Shown here: positions 26,877-37,049 of the stretch, piece by piece
Layout: each line of letters starts with the position of its first letter
How positions within the stretch are numbered: position 1 is the first letter of the stretch
NCBI GenBank assembly: GCA_964420065.1
Contig: CAYQQK010000007.1
Span: 5,462-69,461 of the forward strand
Direction: 5' to 3'
Source of the DNA: an uncultured Syntrophomonadaceae bacterium
Lineage (GTDB): Bacteria > Bacillota > Dethiobacteria > DTU022
DNA length: 64,000 nucleotides
Translations under genes and position numbers: made by a program
Notes under the pieces: model-generated
The model's database searches: none
What the model saw: the letters and a program-made list of their open reading frames with translations, nothing else
Told to the model about the DNA's origin: nothing

Positions 26877-27941
26877 TTACGGGTAGAGCAGGAAGTGCGT
26901 GGCGACAGCTCTTTCCCGTCCGTCGGAAGGACGGTTCATGACCTGCCCCTGAAAATAGAGTGTGCTCGATCCGCCTCCGTCCAGATTGTAGGCGTTGACC
27001 GTGCCGAGTTGGATCAGCCGCAGTTGTATTTCCTCAAGGGTCACTCCGTTACTCCATCCCGGGCGACGCCCGTCCACAACAATGAAAAATATTTCATTGT
27101 TGGCAAAAGAACCGGCAATGGTCCGGGGATGAAGGGTTTCACTCCATTCGGAGGGCATCGGCAGCGGCTGGCGGTCCTGAATCAAGATCGGGGTCCAGCT
27201 CACTCCGCCGGCCGGTTGTCGCGCCATCAGTTCATCCGCAGACCCGAATTGCCCTCCAAGGAGTGTTCCGGAACGGGAAAGACCGCAGAAAAAGACGCAA
27301 CCCTGGGCGGGAACAAAGCTGCCCATCAGTTGTCCGTTGACGACAGTGTTGCCGTAGGGCCGGTAAAAAGCTTTCCCGCCCTGGCTGGTGTAAGAAAAAC
27401 TACCTCCGTTGACGGCGAGGACAGCCCCGGCTCGCCGGGCCGCCGCGCTTGTGGTTTCCAGTTTGCCGTAAGTATTCTGGGCCAGTCCGACCCGGAGAGC
27501 GGAAGGATCCAGAAGTCGGATCTTGACCAGGTGACCACGATAATCCTTTCCATTGAAAGGAAAGATCAGGACGGCTGTCCGGGACGAATAAAAGGTCTCT
27601 AGAGGCTGTCCCAACTTTTCCAGAAGCTGTTTTTCGTATATTTCCCGGGATAGTTTTGCCTGGGCCAGACTTTGTTGCAGAAGTTCTTCCAAAAAAAGCT
27701 GTTGTTCACGGAACTGTTGTTCTCGTTCTTCCGCTGATATTTGGAGCCGGTTAACGGCCTCGTTGACGGTAAGGGTAAGATTTGAAACCTGTTCGGTCTG
27801 ATGTTGCAAGCCGTCAAGGGGGAGGATGAGCCCATTCCTGCAAAGATCCGGGGCCATCTCCGAGTGGCCCTGTTGCAGGGCCAGTACCGTGCCCCCAAAA
27901 GGGGCCAGAAGTAAAAGCAGTATCAACAAGATTTCACGCAT
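26877..27941 (-). CDS. Secreted phosphodiester glycosidase (NAGPA/DUF2233 family) with N-terminal coiled coil
   Basis: Signal peptide, heptad-rich E/Q/L segment, AVLAVNGG, HPRTIAG, VVDGR, GVTL.E, AYNLDGGGSSTL. Confidence 0.85.
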   Translation of the reverse strand: MREILLILLLLLAPFGGTVLALQQGHSEMAPDLCRNGLILPLDGLQHQTEQVSNLTLTVNEAVNRLQISAEEREQQFREQQLFLEELLQQSLAQAKLSREIYEKQLLEKLGQPLETFYSSRTAVLIFPFNGKDYRGHLVKIRLLDPSALRVGLAQNTYGKLETTSAAARRAGAVLAVNGGSFSYTSQGGKAFYRPYGNTVVNGQLMGSFVPAQGCVFFCGLSRSGTLLGGQFGSADELMARQPAGGVSWTPILIQDRQPLPMPSEWSETLHPRTIAGSFANNEIFFIVVDGRRPGWSNGVTLEEIQLRLIQLGTVNAYNLDGGGSSTLYFQGQVMNRPSDGRERAVATHFLLYP

Positions 27942-28357
27942 TACCGGTTCTCCTGAAGAAGCTGAATCGCGCGCTGCAGGTCGGCAAGCTGTCGTTCCAG
28001 TTCCTCGAGTTGCGCCTGAAGGTTTGATTCGGTGGAAGCGGAAGCACTGATACTTGAGCCGGCTTCCTCCAGGGTTTTCTTGACCGTTTCCATCTCGGCG
28101 GTAACACCGGACAGGGCTTCGGCCAAAATATCGATCCGGGCATTGTTGTCCTGTTGTATTTCGCTTACGGCTGCGGCTGTTCGTGTTTCAACGGAGGCTT
28201 GCAGCAGGTTAAACTGGTACCCGATATACCGAAAGGCTGCGAAAAAAAGAAGAGCGCCCAGCAAGGGGACAACAACCAGTAAAACGGTACCACCCCGGGC
28301 CGGGCGATGCTGAGGTTGTCGATCTTTGCTTGATCTAGCCTGCGGATTGGGGGACAA
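27941..28357 (-). CDS. Membrane-anchored coiled-coil protein
   Basis: TTG start after AAAGGAGG; one TM segment then heptad repeats; its stop overlaps the start of the NAGPA gene. Confidence 0.7.
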   Translation of the reverse strand: MSPNPQARSSKDRQPQHRPARGGTVLLVVVPLLGALLFFAAFRYIGYQFNLLQASVETRTAAAVSEIQQDNNARIDILAEALSGVTAEMETVKKTLEEAGSSISASASTESNLQAQLEELERQLADLQRAIQLLQENR

Positions 28358-28486
28358 GGAAAGGCACCTCCTTTAATGTAAGTATATTGTAAACCAACAT
28401 CCGGTCGGGCACAAGGCCGGTGCGGAAGGACGGGCAGGGGGGGAAAATCGTTTTTATTTTGCCCTCTTCATGCGGCGGTAAACGAG

Positions 28487-28495
28487 TGGTATAAT
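28487..28495 (+). promoter_or_regulatory. Extended -10 promoter for the symporter
   Basis: TG-G-TATAAT at 28487-28495; weak -35. Confidence 0.4.
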
Positions 28496-28538
28496 CAACT
28501 TCGGTCCAGAGCGGGGGGTTGCCGCCATTGGATAAATT

Positions 28539-30179
28539 GTGGGGGGGAGGTTCTTCGGCGTGGGTGAAGGGATCTTGAATGGAATGCCGGTTTTAACCGG
28601 GGTTTGTTTTTACATGGTGGTGATGCTGGCGATCGGGTTTTGGAGTTCACGCCAGATCCGGTCGGCAACAGACTATATCGTCGCCGGAAGGCGGCTCGGT
28701 CTGCCCCTGGTCACCGGCACGCTTTTTGCGACCTGGTTCTGCGCGGGGACCGTGATCGGTTCTCCGGCGCAGGCGTACCTGTTTGGCAATCAGGGAACCA
28801 TTTTCGATCCTTGGAGTGCGGCGCTCTGCCTGATTTTGGCCGGGATATTCTTTAACCGTCTCATGCGTCGAGGCCGGTATGTGACCGTGGCCGATTTTTT
28901 CGAAGTTCGCTATGGTCGAAAAATGGGCCTGATCGCCGCCATCATTTTGACCATTGCGCAGATGGGCTGGGTCGGCTCGATGTTGGTTGCTTTCGGGGTT
29001 ATTTTGCAATATTTTTCCGGGTTGCCCCTGGCCTGGGGTATTGTGATTTCCTGCTTTGTGGTGGTGGTTTATACCTACCTGGGAGGGATGTGGTCGGTCA
29101 CCGTTACCGATTTGTTCCAGGCGCTTCTGTTGATAGTGGGTTTGCTGATCATGTTGCCCAGGGCGGTCTCTTTTGTCGGCGGCTGGGACTATTTCATCAC
29201 CCATGCCGGTAACCAGGCCGGATTGCCTGCTTTTGCCCTGGCGCCAACGGGTGAGGACGGTTTTTTGGGCTATCGCGCCCTGCCGGGCTGGATTTATTAT
29301 CTTGGGGCCTGGATGTCGATCGGGTTTGGCAGCCTCTGCTCCCAGGATCTGATGCAGCGGACCCTTTCGGCGAAAGACGAAAAAACCGCCGTTTATGCCT
29401 CCTACCTGTCCGGCTTTCTTTATTTAACCGTGGGGCTGATCCCGGTTTTGATCGGGATGATCGCGTTTGAACTCAACCCGGGGTTATCCATTGCCGAAAC
29501 CGAAATGATCATGCCGATGTTGGCCGTGAAATTTTTGCCCCCGCTGCTGATGGTGCTTTTTGTGGCCGGGGTGGTGGCGGCCATTATGTCGAGCTGTGAC
29601 AGTGCGCTTCTGGCTGCATCTTCGATTCTGGGTTACAATCTGGTCCGCTATTTCAAACCCGGTGCCGGAGACAAACTCATTTTAAAAACCACCCGTGTTT
29701 GCGTGCCCCTGGTGGCCCTGGTTTCGCTTTTGATGGCGCTCTACCTGGAGACAATTTATAATTTGATGGTGCTCGCCTGGTCGCTGATGCTGGTCGGATT
29801 GATCGCTCCTTACGCGGCAGGGTGTTTCTGGAAAAAAGCGAACGAACCGGGTGCAATTGCCGCCGTTTTGGGCGGGGTTGTTTCCTGGACCGTGTTCATT
29901 TACGCTTATCTCCCCTTTACAGGTGCGAGCAAGGGGGGGATCGCCACGGACCAGGCGGTCTGGGACGCCGTCTACATGGGCTCGGTCCCGGCCTTTGCAG
30001 TCTCGATTGCCGCCTTGGGCGTGGTCGCCCTGGCAACAGGGAAAAGGTACCGGCCCAGGCCGTTGGCCGACATTGATGGAAACCCGTTACAGTTTGCCCG
30101 TTGGGGCGGGTGGAAATTGAATTCCGGATCGGTCAAGGCAGCAACGCGCCATAACCGGCGGCAAACGCTTTCAGGTTAA
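28539..30179 (+). CDS. Sodium:solute symporter family protein (start may be about 28575-28584)
   Basis: DYIVAGRRL, TLFATWF, TVADFFEVRYG, YTYLGGMWSVTVTD, QDLMQR..SAK, AAIMSSCDSALLA; about 13 hydrophobic segments. Confidence 0.88.
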   Translation: MGGRFFGVGEGILNGMPVLTGVCFYMVVMLAIGFWSSRQIRSATDYIVAGRRLGLPLVTGTLFATWFCAGTVIGSPAQAYLFGNQGTIFDPWSAALCLILAGIFFNRLMRRGRYVTVADFFEVRYGRKMGLIAAIILTIAQMGWVGSMLVAFGVILQYFSGLPLAWGIVISCFVVVVYTYLGGMWSVTVTDLFQALLLIVGLLIMLPRAVSFVGGWDYFITHAGNQAGLPAFALAPTGEDGFLGYRALPGWIYYLGAWMSIGFGSLCSQDLMQRTLSAKDEKTAVYASYLSGFLYLTVGLIPVLIGMIAFELNPGLSIAETEMIMPMLAVKFLPPLLMVLFVAGVVAAIMSSCDSALLAASSILGYNLVRYFKPGAGDKLILKTTRVCVPLVALVSLLMALYLETIYNLMVLAWSLMLVGLIAPYAAGCFWKKANEPGAIAAVLGGVVSWTVFIYAYLPFTGASKGGIATDQAVWDAVYMGSVPAFAVSIAALGVVALATGKRYRPRPLADIDGNPLQFARWGGWKLNSGSVKAATRHNRRQTLSG

Positions 30180-30717
30180 CTTGGTGCAGTTTTGGAGGGA
30201 GCAGCCTCTTCAGGGTCAGTTCCCAACGCTCCCGGGGGAAAGGAAGCAGGCGAGACAGAAGGCCCAGCAAAAGCACGTTTAAAACTCCGGGATTGCTTTG
30301 TAGCGGCGCCAAAGAAGGCCCATCCACAGCGATCACACGGCCGGCGGCGCGCTGGAGGGTTTCTATTATTCCGGACGGGTATTCCTGTTCTCCGCGCAAA
30401 ACAGGGAGCGGTTCCAGCACCCGGGTATTGACGACTAGCGTTCCCGCCGGGGCAAGATAGGGGAGCTGGCGCAGCGCCTCCAGCGGTTCGAAAGCAAGCA
30501 AAAAATCGGCCGCCCCCGAGGGAATCAGCGGCGCGAAAACTTGGGGACCGCAACGGACGTGGGTGACCACGCTGCCTCCGCGCTGAGCCATGCCGTGTGT
30601 TTCGGCGGTTTTAACCGCCATTCCTTCGGCCAGCGCTGCGGCGGCGACCAGCCTGCCGGCCAGGATGGTGCCCTGGCCGCCCACACCGGAGATCAACAGA
30701 TCAATCTTCTGCGTCAT
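30133..30717 (-). CDS. iorB: Indolepyruvate:ferredoxin oxidoreductase beta subunit
   Basis: ISGVGGQGTIL, ETHGMAQRGGSVVTHVR, AFEPLEALR, NVLLLG, VNLKAF; ATG overlaps the iorA stop. Confidence 0.9.
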   Translation of the reverse strand: MTQKIDLLISGVGGQGTILAGRLVAAAALAEGMAVKTAETHGMAQRGGSVVTHVRCGPQVFAPLIPSGAADFLLAFEPLEALRQLPYLAPAGTLVVNTRVLEPLPVLRGEQEYPSGIIETLQRAAGRVIAVDGPSLAPLQSNPGVLNVLLLGLLSRLLPFPRERWELTLKRLLPPKLHQVNLKAFAAGYGALLP

Positions 30718-32453
30718 TGGCAATCCTCTCCCCCGAAAGCACCGTGTCGGCAAAGTTGTCGGCAAAGGCCGCAACCGGTGCAAATACTTTCATTGACCGA
30801 GATTTTTCCCGTAACCGACAGGCTCAGGGCCGGGCAACCCAGTTGCAAACAGAGGCCGCATCCGTTACATTTTTCCGGATCAACCGGCAATGGTGCTCCC
30901 GTACATTTCTTCAAAAGAACGCAGGGCCGGCGGGCGATCACCACCGAGGGTTCCCGGACCTTTACTTCCCGGGTGATTACCCGGCGCAGTTGATCAAGGT
31001 TGTACGGGTCCACGACCGTGACCCGTCGAACACCGGCGGCACGGCACAATCCTTCCAGATCTACTCTGTTTACCGTCTGCCCTTGCAGTGTTTTCCCGGT
31101 GCCGGGGTGATCCTGGTGGCCGGTCATGGCCGTGGTGCAGTTGTCCAGGATCAGAACCGTGGTGGAAGCGCCGCTGGAAACCACATCGATCAGGGGCGTT
31201 ATTCCGGAGTGGAAGAAAGTTGAATCGCCGATAACTGCCACGGTGTAGGCAGCTGTATCCGGGTTTGCTTTTTCCCGTCCCAGGGCGAGGCCGATGCTTG
31301 CACCCATGCAGATGCAAGTATCGATTGCCTCCAGGGGGGGCAGGGCGGCCAGGGTGTAGCAACCGATATCACCCATGACCTGCAGTTTTAGTTTCTTCAA
31401 GGTGTAAAAAACCCCACGGTGAGAACAACCCGGGCAAAGCAGGGGGGGGCGATCGGGGATGGTTACGGTTCCGTTTTCAAGCCGTGGCGGTTGTTCACAC
31501 ATCATTTCTCGGATAATCTCTGTTCCCAGCTCGCCGGTAGGGGGAAAAAGCGACTTGCCCTCGACCGCGATCCCGAGGGCGCGAACCTGCTCCTCGATCA
31601 AGGGATCCAGTTCCTCGATTACAATAAGGCGTCGCACCCGGGCCGCGAAATTCCGTACCAGGTTTACCGGAAGGGGGTAGCTCAGGCCCAACTTCAAGAT
31701 CGGTGCCCCCGGGAGGGCCTCGCGCACATACTGGTAGGTGATACCGGAACAAATGATGCCGGTATCATCCGGGCCGTCCTCGATCCGGTTCAAGGGAGAG
31801 CTTTCCGCCATCGCGCGAAGCGCCTCCAGGCGTTGTTCCACCAGGAGATGGCGGCGCCGGGCGAAGGCCGGCAGCATAACCAGTTTCGCGCTGTCACGGC
31901 GGAACCCGGTCAGGGGAACGGTGCGACGTTTTCCGTATTTGACGATGCTGCGGGAGTGGGCTACCCGGGTGGTGATGCCGAGCATGACCGGAGTATCAAA
32001 TTTTTCACTCAAGGCCAGTGCCGCTAGAACATAGTCTTTTGCCTCCTGGCTGTCGGCGGGTTCCAGAAGAGGAATCTTGGCCAGACGGGCATAATAACGG
32101 TTATCCTGTTCGTTCTGGGAACTGTGCATACCGGGATCGCCGGCCGAAATCAGTACCAGCCCGCCCCCGACTCCCGTATATGAAAGGGTCATCAAGGGGT
32201 CGGCGGCCACGTTTAGACCGACATGTTTCATCGCGACCAGAACGCGTGCGCCCTCAAAGGAAGCCCCTGCACCCACCTCCAGGGCTACCTTTTCATTGGG
32301 TGACCAGCCACAATGCACCCCGTCATTGCGGGCCAGCACCTCCATGATTTCGGTGCTGGGGGTGCCCGGATAGGCCGTGCCCACGGTAACGCCGCCCTCG
32401 AAGGCGCCCCGGGCGATCGCCTCGTTTCCGGTCATGAGCGCTGTTTTTTGCAT
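30714..32453 (-). CDS. iorA: Indolepyruvate:ferredoxin oxidoreductase alpha subunit
   Basis: MTGNEAIARG, YPGTPSTE, NEKVALE, MKHVGLNVAADP, SSQNEQD, RPPLLCPGCSHR, GDIGCY, IGDSTFFHSG, two C-terminal ferredoxin motifs. Confidence 0.93.
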   Translation of the reverse strand: MQKTALMTGNEAIARGAFEGGVTVGTAYPGTPSTEIMEVLARNDGVHCGWSPNEKVALEVGAGASFEGARVLVAMKHVGLNVAADPLMTLSYTGVGGGLVLISAGDPGMHSSQNEQDNRYYARLAKIPLLEPADSQEAKDYVLAALALSEKFDTPVMLGITTRVAHSRSIVKYGKRRTVPLTGFRRDSAKLVMLPAFARRRHLLVEQRLEALRAMAESSPLNRIEDGPDDTGIICSGITYQYVREALPGAPILKLGLSYPLPVNLVRNFAARVRRLIVIEELDPLIEEQVRALGIAVEGKSLFPPTGELGTEIIREMMCEQPPRLENGTVTIPDRPPLLCPGCSHRGVFYTLKKLKLQVMGDIGCYTLAALPPLEAIDTCICMGASIGLALGREKANPDTAAYTVAVIGDSTFFHSGITPLIDVVSSGASTTVLILDNCTTAMTGHQDHPGTGKTLQGQTVNRVDLEGLCRAAGVRRVTVVDPYNLDQLRRVITREVKVREPSVVIARRPCVLLKKCTGAPLPVDPEKCNGCGLCLQLGCPALSLSVTGKISVNESICTGCGLCRQLCRHGAFGGEDCQ

Positions 32454-32673
32454 TCCGGCCGCGCCTCGCTTTCATCGTTGTTTTCCTGTTTTTGTCTGTT
32501 GTTGGTACGGGCTGCTAATTGCGGTCCGGTTTCTTGCCATGCTACTAGTTCTTTGTTCAAAGGGAGGTTCCTGCCTTCCCACGGGTGTCTCCGGCCGGAA
32601 GATAGAGGGAAAGGTTCCCGACGGAGCGAAATAGATCGTTGCTCTGGGAGAGATATAAATTTCCAGGAGGTGT

Positions 32674-33558
32674 ATGCTTGTGTCGCAAATAACCATCGAC
32701 CGGAACCGCTGTTCCCGGTGCGGCTTGTGCGCCAGGGTGTGTACCCGCGGTTGTCTGGTCATGGAAAAAGGCGAGCCTATTTTTACCCGAGCCGAACGAT
32801 GCATTGCCTGCGGGCATTGCCTGGCGATCTGTCCCCGCGAAGGGGCGCTTGTCCATGCCGGCCTGACCGCAGAGACATGGTTACACCCGGCGGAAGAAAA
32901 TTCCTTGCCGGAACGGGGACAGTTGGCGCAGCTATTGTGTCACCGCCGATCCGTGCGTCATTACCGGGCCAAAGCGGTGCCTGCAGGAACGGTGCAGGAG
33001 TTGCTTAACCTGGCCTCCTTCGCCCCCACCGCTAAAAACAGGCAGGAGGTTTGCCTGATCGTGGTCGACCGGCCCGACCAGATTGCCGCCCTATCCGCGG
33101 CAACGGTGCGTTATTACGGCAGTTTGCAGCGCCTCCTGGGCCGCCGGGGTCATCCGGCGGCTGCAAACCCGACCAAAGGGATGCCATTACCGGAGAAAGC
33201 GGAGCCGCCGTTACACGGTGTTCTTTTTGAACGGCATGCCGCCGGAGAGGATCCCATATTTTACGGTGCACCTTTGTTGATCGTTCCATATGGACCGAAA
33301 CGGGATCTGTTTTCCAAGGACGACAGCCTTTTCGCCCTTTACAATATGATTCTCGGGGCTGAGCTGGCCGGCCTGGGAAGCTGTCTGATCGGTTATTTTG
33401 TGGCCGCCGCCAACCGTAGCACGGAGATCCGGCACACGCTTGGCCTGGGCCGGGGGGAAGAGGTACAGGCTGCCTGCGTTTTTGGGTACCGGCAGTACAG
33501 ATTCCACCGTCCGGTTCCCCGTCGTCCGGTGCAGCAGCGCGGATTGCCCGGGGTTTGA
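32674..33558 (+). CDS. Nitroreductase family protein with N-terminal 2x[4Fe-4S] domain
   Basis: CSRCGLCARVC, CIACGHCLAIC, RRSVRHY, APTAKNRQ, GLGSCLIG. Confidence 0.88.
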   Translation: MLVSQITIDRNRCSRCGLCARVCTRGCLVMEKGEPIFTRAERCIACGHCLAICPREGALVHAGLTAETWLHPAEENSLPERGQLAQLLCHRRSVRHYRAKAVPAGTVQELLNLASFAPTAKNRQEVCLIVVDRPDQIAALSAATVRYYGSLQRLLGRRGHPAAANPTKGMPLPEKAEPPLHGVLFERHAAGEDPIFYGAPLLIVPYGPKRDLFSKDDSLFALYNMILGAELAGLGSCLIGYFVAAANRSTEIRHTLGLGRGEEVQAACVFGYRQYRFHRPVPRRPVQQRGLPGV

Positions 33559-33736
33559 TCTGCCGCCGGGCTCCGGCCTGCGCTTGATCTGCCGACGGCG
33601 CTCCCGGATTGAAAGGGGCCCCGCCGGATAAAATAACCCGTAATCCGCGCCCTTGACCTTCATTTTACCCCGGGCTACAATGGAATCGGCGCAGCCCTGA
33701 TGTAGCGCTTGATCTTTTTGCGAGGAGGTTTTAGCC

Positions 33737-34060
33737 GTGTCTACAGTAATGGAAATCGGTGAAACACAATTTGAGGCCACGGTGTTGCAGTCTGCCGAAC
33801 CGGTTCTGGTTGATTTCTGGGCGCCCTGGTGCGGTCCCTGCCAGATGGTTGCTCCGGTTCTGGAAGAACTGGCCGAGGATTACCGGGGGCGTTTAAAGGT
33901 GGTCAAGGTGAATGTTGATCAAAACAACGATCTTGCGGCCCGGTACAGTGTAATGAGTATCCCGACTTTGATCCTGTTCAAGGACGGTCGGGAAATTCAG
34001 ACCGTTACCGGAGCCCAGCCCAAAGAGACTTTGATCGGGATCGTCAAACAGCATCTTTAA
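33737..34060 (+). CDS. trxA: Thioredoxin
   Basis: VLVDFWAPWCGPC, VNVD, SIPTLILFKDG; SD GGAGG. Confidence 0.95.
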   Translation: MSTVMEIGETQFEATVLQSAEPVLVDFWAPWCGPCQMVAPVLEELAEDYRGRLKVVKVNVDQNNDLAARYSVMSIPTLILFKDGREIQTVTGAQPKETLIGIVKQHL

Positions 34061-34087
34061 ACACTGGTTGCATTGATTTATGTAAAA

Positions 34088-34116
34088 AGTTAGCCGCAAA
34101 AACATTGCGGCTAACT
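34088..34116. terminator. Hairpin between convergent trxA and DUF2512 genes
   Basis: Perfect 11-bp stem AGTTAGCCGCA / TGCGGCTAACT, with an A run upstream (T run on the minus strand). Confidence 0.75.
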
Positions 34117-34141
34117 GCGGTTGCATCGGTGCGCGCCGGTT

Positions 34142-34648
34142 TTATTGCTGGTGTTCTTGTTGTTCACCTTCGGGTTTGTTGTTTTGTTCCGGGACCGGCC
34201 CGCCGCCGCTATCCTGCCCCATTTCACTGTCATTTTGACTGGAGGAGACATTTTCGCCGGTAAAGGGAAAAAGGCCGCCCTCGCCGACGGCAGCGCCGGT
34301 TGCCACGCCGCGGACATAGCGGAAAAAGAACCATTCGGCGATCCCGATTACCGCCGACGCTGCGAAAACAGCCGCCGTGGAGAGCGGTTCACGCACGAAA
34401 AGATTGGAGACGCTGAAGGTCAGGACGGCAAGGACGAAGTTGGCGATTGCCGTTGCCAGGGTGCCAAAACGGGGCAACATGAAGCGGTCTCCGGCAAAAT
34501 ACAGCACCAGGGTGACGAAGAGGGCCATAACCAGGGATGTTCCCACACCAAGAGAGGGTATCATCAGATAGGTGAAAAAAATTAGGGTTGTCGCTGCGAT
34601 GTAAATGTACTTGATGATCATCGGCCGCCATTGTTCGATGGAAATCAC
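34142..34648 (-). CDS. DUF2512/YndM-like membrane protein
   Basis: IIKYI, LYFAGDRFMLPRFGTLATAIAN, IGIAEWFF; four TM segments and a polar tail. Confidence 0.7.
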   Translation of the reverse strand: MISIEQWRPMIIKYIYIAATTLIFFTYLMIPSLGVGTSLVMALFVTLVLYFAGDRFMLPRFGTLATAIANFVLAVLTFSVSNLFVREPLSTAAVFAASAVIGIAEWFFFRYVRGVATGAAVGEGGLFPFTGENVSSSQNDSEMGQDSGGGPVPEQNNKPEGEQQEHQQ

Positions 34649-34848
34649 CCCCTTTCGTGTCTATACCTTTCCCAGGCATGCCTTCCTTCATTCCGCGTTT
34701 TTAACGGGGGTTAACCCGATCGGAAACGCCCCGCTATTTCGGAACGGGGTGTTATGATAAACTTTTGCTCCGCCGGGCCGGGGGAAGATCTGCGGCGGTT
34801 ATATTGAAATAAAGCGGTTGGTTTAAATTCTACCCGGGAGGTGCGCCG

Positions 34849-35604
34849 GTGACCGGAAACCGGATCAAACAAAAACATTCCGTTCGCGCTGAACATCCTT
34901 TCCGGCAAGCTCTCCTGGAGGCCCTGCCGATCGTCTGCGGCTATATTCCGATCGGCTTTGCCTTTGGAGCGCTCGCTGTTGCAGCTGGATTATCCGTAAT
35001 AATGGCGGCAGCCATGTCCATTTTTGTCTTTGCCGGTTCCGCCCAATTCATTGCGGTCGGGCTTCTGGAAGCCGGGGCTGGACTCGGGGCCCTGGCGGTG
35101 ACAACCTTCCTGGTCAATCTAAGGCACCTGCTCATGAGCGCCTCCCTGGCCCCCCACTTGAATCACCTTGAATCCTGGCAGCAGGCTTTATTTTGTTACG
35201 AACTGACCGATGAATCTTTTGCCGTGCACAGCGCCGCCCTGGGCAAGAGGGGGAGAGAAGCCGGTCATGCCCTTAGACTATTTACCGTTAACCATGCTTC
35301 GCACTTAGCCTGGGTGGCCGGCACGCTGGCCGGGGCCTGGGCCGGCGGCAGGCTGGAGGTAAACAGCGCCGCCTGGGGGCTGGATTATGCCCTACCGGCC
35401 ATGTTTATCGCACTGCTGGTCATGCAGTGCCGGAACCGGCGTCATTTCCTGATCGGTTTACTGGCCGCGGTCCTGGCGGTCCTTTTTTACCTTGCCGGGG
35501 CCGGGCACTGGCACATCATGCTTGCCGCCGTAACGGCGGCCGCAGCCGGTGCAATCCTTGAGAATATTGGGCGGGTGGAAAACAGGAAGGAGGAAACCTC
35601 GTGA
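34849..35604 (+). CDS. azlC: AzlC-family branched-chain amino acid exporter permease
   Basis: LPIVCGYIPIGFAFG, FAGSAQF, VNLRHLLM, LTDESFA, GLDYALPAMFIAL. Confidence 0.9.
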   Translation: MTGNRIKQKHSVRAEHPFRQALLEALPIVCGYIPIGFAFGALAVAAGLSVIMAAAMSIFVFAGSAQFIAVGLLEAGAGLGALAVTTFLVNLRHLLMSASLAPHLNHLESWQQALFCYELTDESFAVHSAALGKRGREAGHALRLFTVNHASHLAWVAGTLAGAWAGGRLEVNSAAWGLDYALPAMFIALLVMQCRNRRHFLIGLLAAVLAVLFYLAGAGHWHIMLAAVTAAAAGAILENIGRVENRKEETS

Positions 35605-35924
35605 ATAGCGACCTGATCCGGGTGCTGTTTTTGATGGCCCTGGTGACCTACCTGCCCCGTGCCCTGCCGGTGTTGTTTCTTTCCCGACGGCCGTTGCCCG
35701 CTTTCCTGACCCGGTGGTTGGCCTATATCCCGGTGGCGGTTCTGGCGGCTCTGCTGGGCCCGCTGTTGCTGATACCCGGTAAAAGCATCAACCTGAGCCC
35801 GGTTGCCAATTCCTATTTTTGGGTTTCCCTACCCGTACTGGCCGTGGCCCTGCGAACGCGAAACATGTTTGTCACCGTTATCTTCGGGATGCTTTTGATG
35901 GCCGGCTGGCGTGCTTTTTGTTAA
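35601..35924 (+). CDS. azlD: AzlD-family protein
   Basis: MALVTYLPRALP, WLAYIPVAVLAALL; overlaps the azlC stop. Confidence 0.88.
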   Translation: MNSDLIRVLFLMALVTYLPRALPVLFLSRRPLPAFLTRWLAYIPVAVLAALLGPLLLIPGKSINLSPVANSYFWVSLPVLAVALRTRNMFVTVIFGMLLMAGWRAFC

Positions 35925-36000
35925 AATTGGCCGGAAGGAAGAGGAATCACGGTTATACTATCGAATAAACAGAAAATCATTGAAGTGAGGTGCAAAGACG

Positions 36001-37008
36001 GTGCGCGGTGAAAGAAAGATCTACCATTGTTTGCGGGCGCAACAATTTGACCGGGCTTTTTTGGAAAAAATTTGTGACCTGGCCGAGAAGGTGCGGGAAA
36101 TTGCCCGGACAAAGGTGGGAATGGAGTTCCTGTCCTCGACCTTGAACCACAAGCGGGCCATGCTCTATTTCGTGCAACCTTCGACGCGAACATTCCTCTC
36201 CTTCTACAGTGCCTGCCAGATCCTGGGGATAAAGTGCGCCGAAGTCCGCGATCCGAAAACTTCTTCGGAAGTAAAAGGGGAATCGGAAGAAGATACGGTG
36301 CGCATTTTTTCCCTTTATTTCGATCTGATCATCATGCGTCACCACCGGGCCAATTTTGCCGAAGCCATCGCGGCCATGATCGATGATACCGAGCACCCGG
36401 TTCCGGTGATCAACGCCGGATCAGGCAAGGACGAGCATCCCACCCAGGCCCTTCTGGATATTTACACTCTGCAACGTAGTTTTGCCCGCCGGGGCGGCAT
36501 TGACGGTAAAAGCATTGCCTTTGTGGGCGATCTTCTAAGGGGCCGCACCATCCGTTCTCTGGCCTTCCTTCTCACTCGCTACCGGGACGTCAAGCAGTAT
36601 TTCATTGCTCCGCCGCAGTACCAGATTGGGCCGGATATCCTTGCCCGCCTGGATGAGGCGAAGGTCGAATACGAAGTGACTGAAAACTTTGCCGCCGTCA
36701 TTCCCGAGGTGGATGCGATCTATATGACCCGGCTTCAGGACGAATGGGATCAGGCCGACGGAATTGTTTCCAATTATGATCAAGCCGGCTTTTCCTTGAC
36801 CAGCAAGGAACTGCCGCTTCTGAAACCGGATGCGGTGATCATGCATCCGCTGCCCCGGCGTCATGAAATCATGCCGGAGGTGGACAGCGATCCCCGGGCC
36901 GCTTACTGGCAGCAGGTCCGTAATGGCATGTGGGCGCGGGTAGCCCTGATTGCCATGATATTCGGGCGCGATCGCAACATCCTTGAATACCATCTTGACA
37001 GCCACTAA
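36001..37008 (+). CDS. pyrB: Aspartate carbamoyltransferase catalytic subunit
   Basis: FVQPSTRTFLSF, SSEVKGES, INAGSGKDEHPTQALLD, GDLLRGRT, YMTRLQDE, MHPLPR. Confidence 0.93.
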   Translation: MRGERKIYHCLRAQQFDRAFLEKICDLAEKVREIARTKVGMEFLSSTLNHKRAMLYFVQPSTRTFLSFYSACQILGIKCAEVRDPKTSSEVKGESEEDTVRIFSLYFDLIIMRHHRANFAEAIAAMIDDTEHPVPVINAGSGKDEHPTQALLDIYTLQRSFARRGGIDGKSIAFVGDLLRGRTIRSLAFLLTRYRDVKQYFIAPPQYQIGPDILARLDEAKVEYEVTENFAAVIPEVDAIYMTRLQDEWDQADGIVSNYDQAGFSLTSKELPLLKPDAVIMHPLPRRHEIMPEVDSDPRAAYWQQVRNGMWARVALIAMIFGRDRNILEYHLDSH

Positions 37009-37021
37009 AACGAACTCGACC

Positions 37022-37049
37022 GGGGCTGCCCCAAAAGGGCGGCCCCTTT
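37022..37049 (+). terminator. Terminator after pyrB
   Basis: GGGGCTGCCC-CAAAA-GGGCGGCCCC then TTT. Confidence 0.65.
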
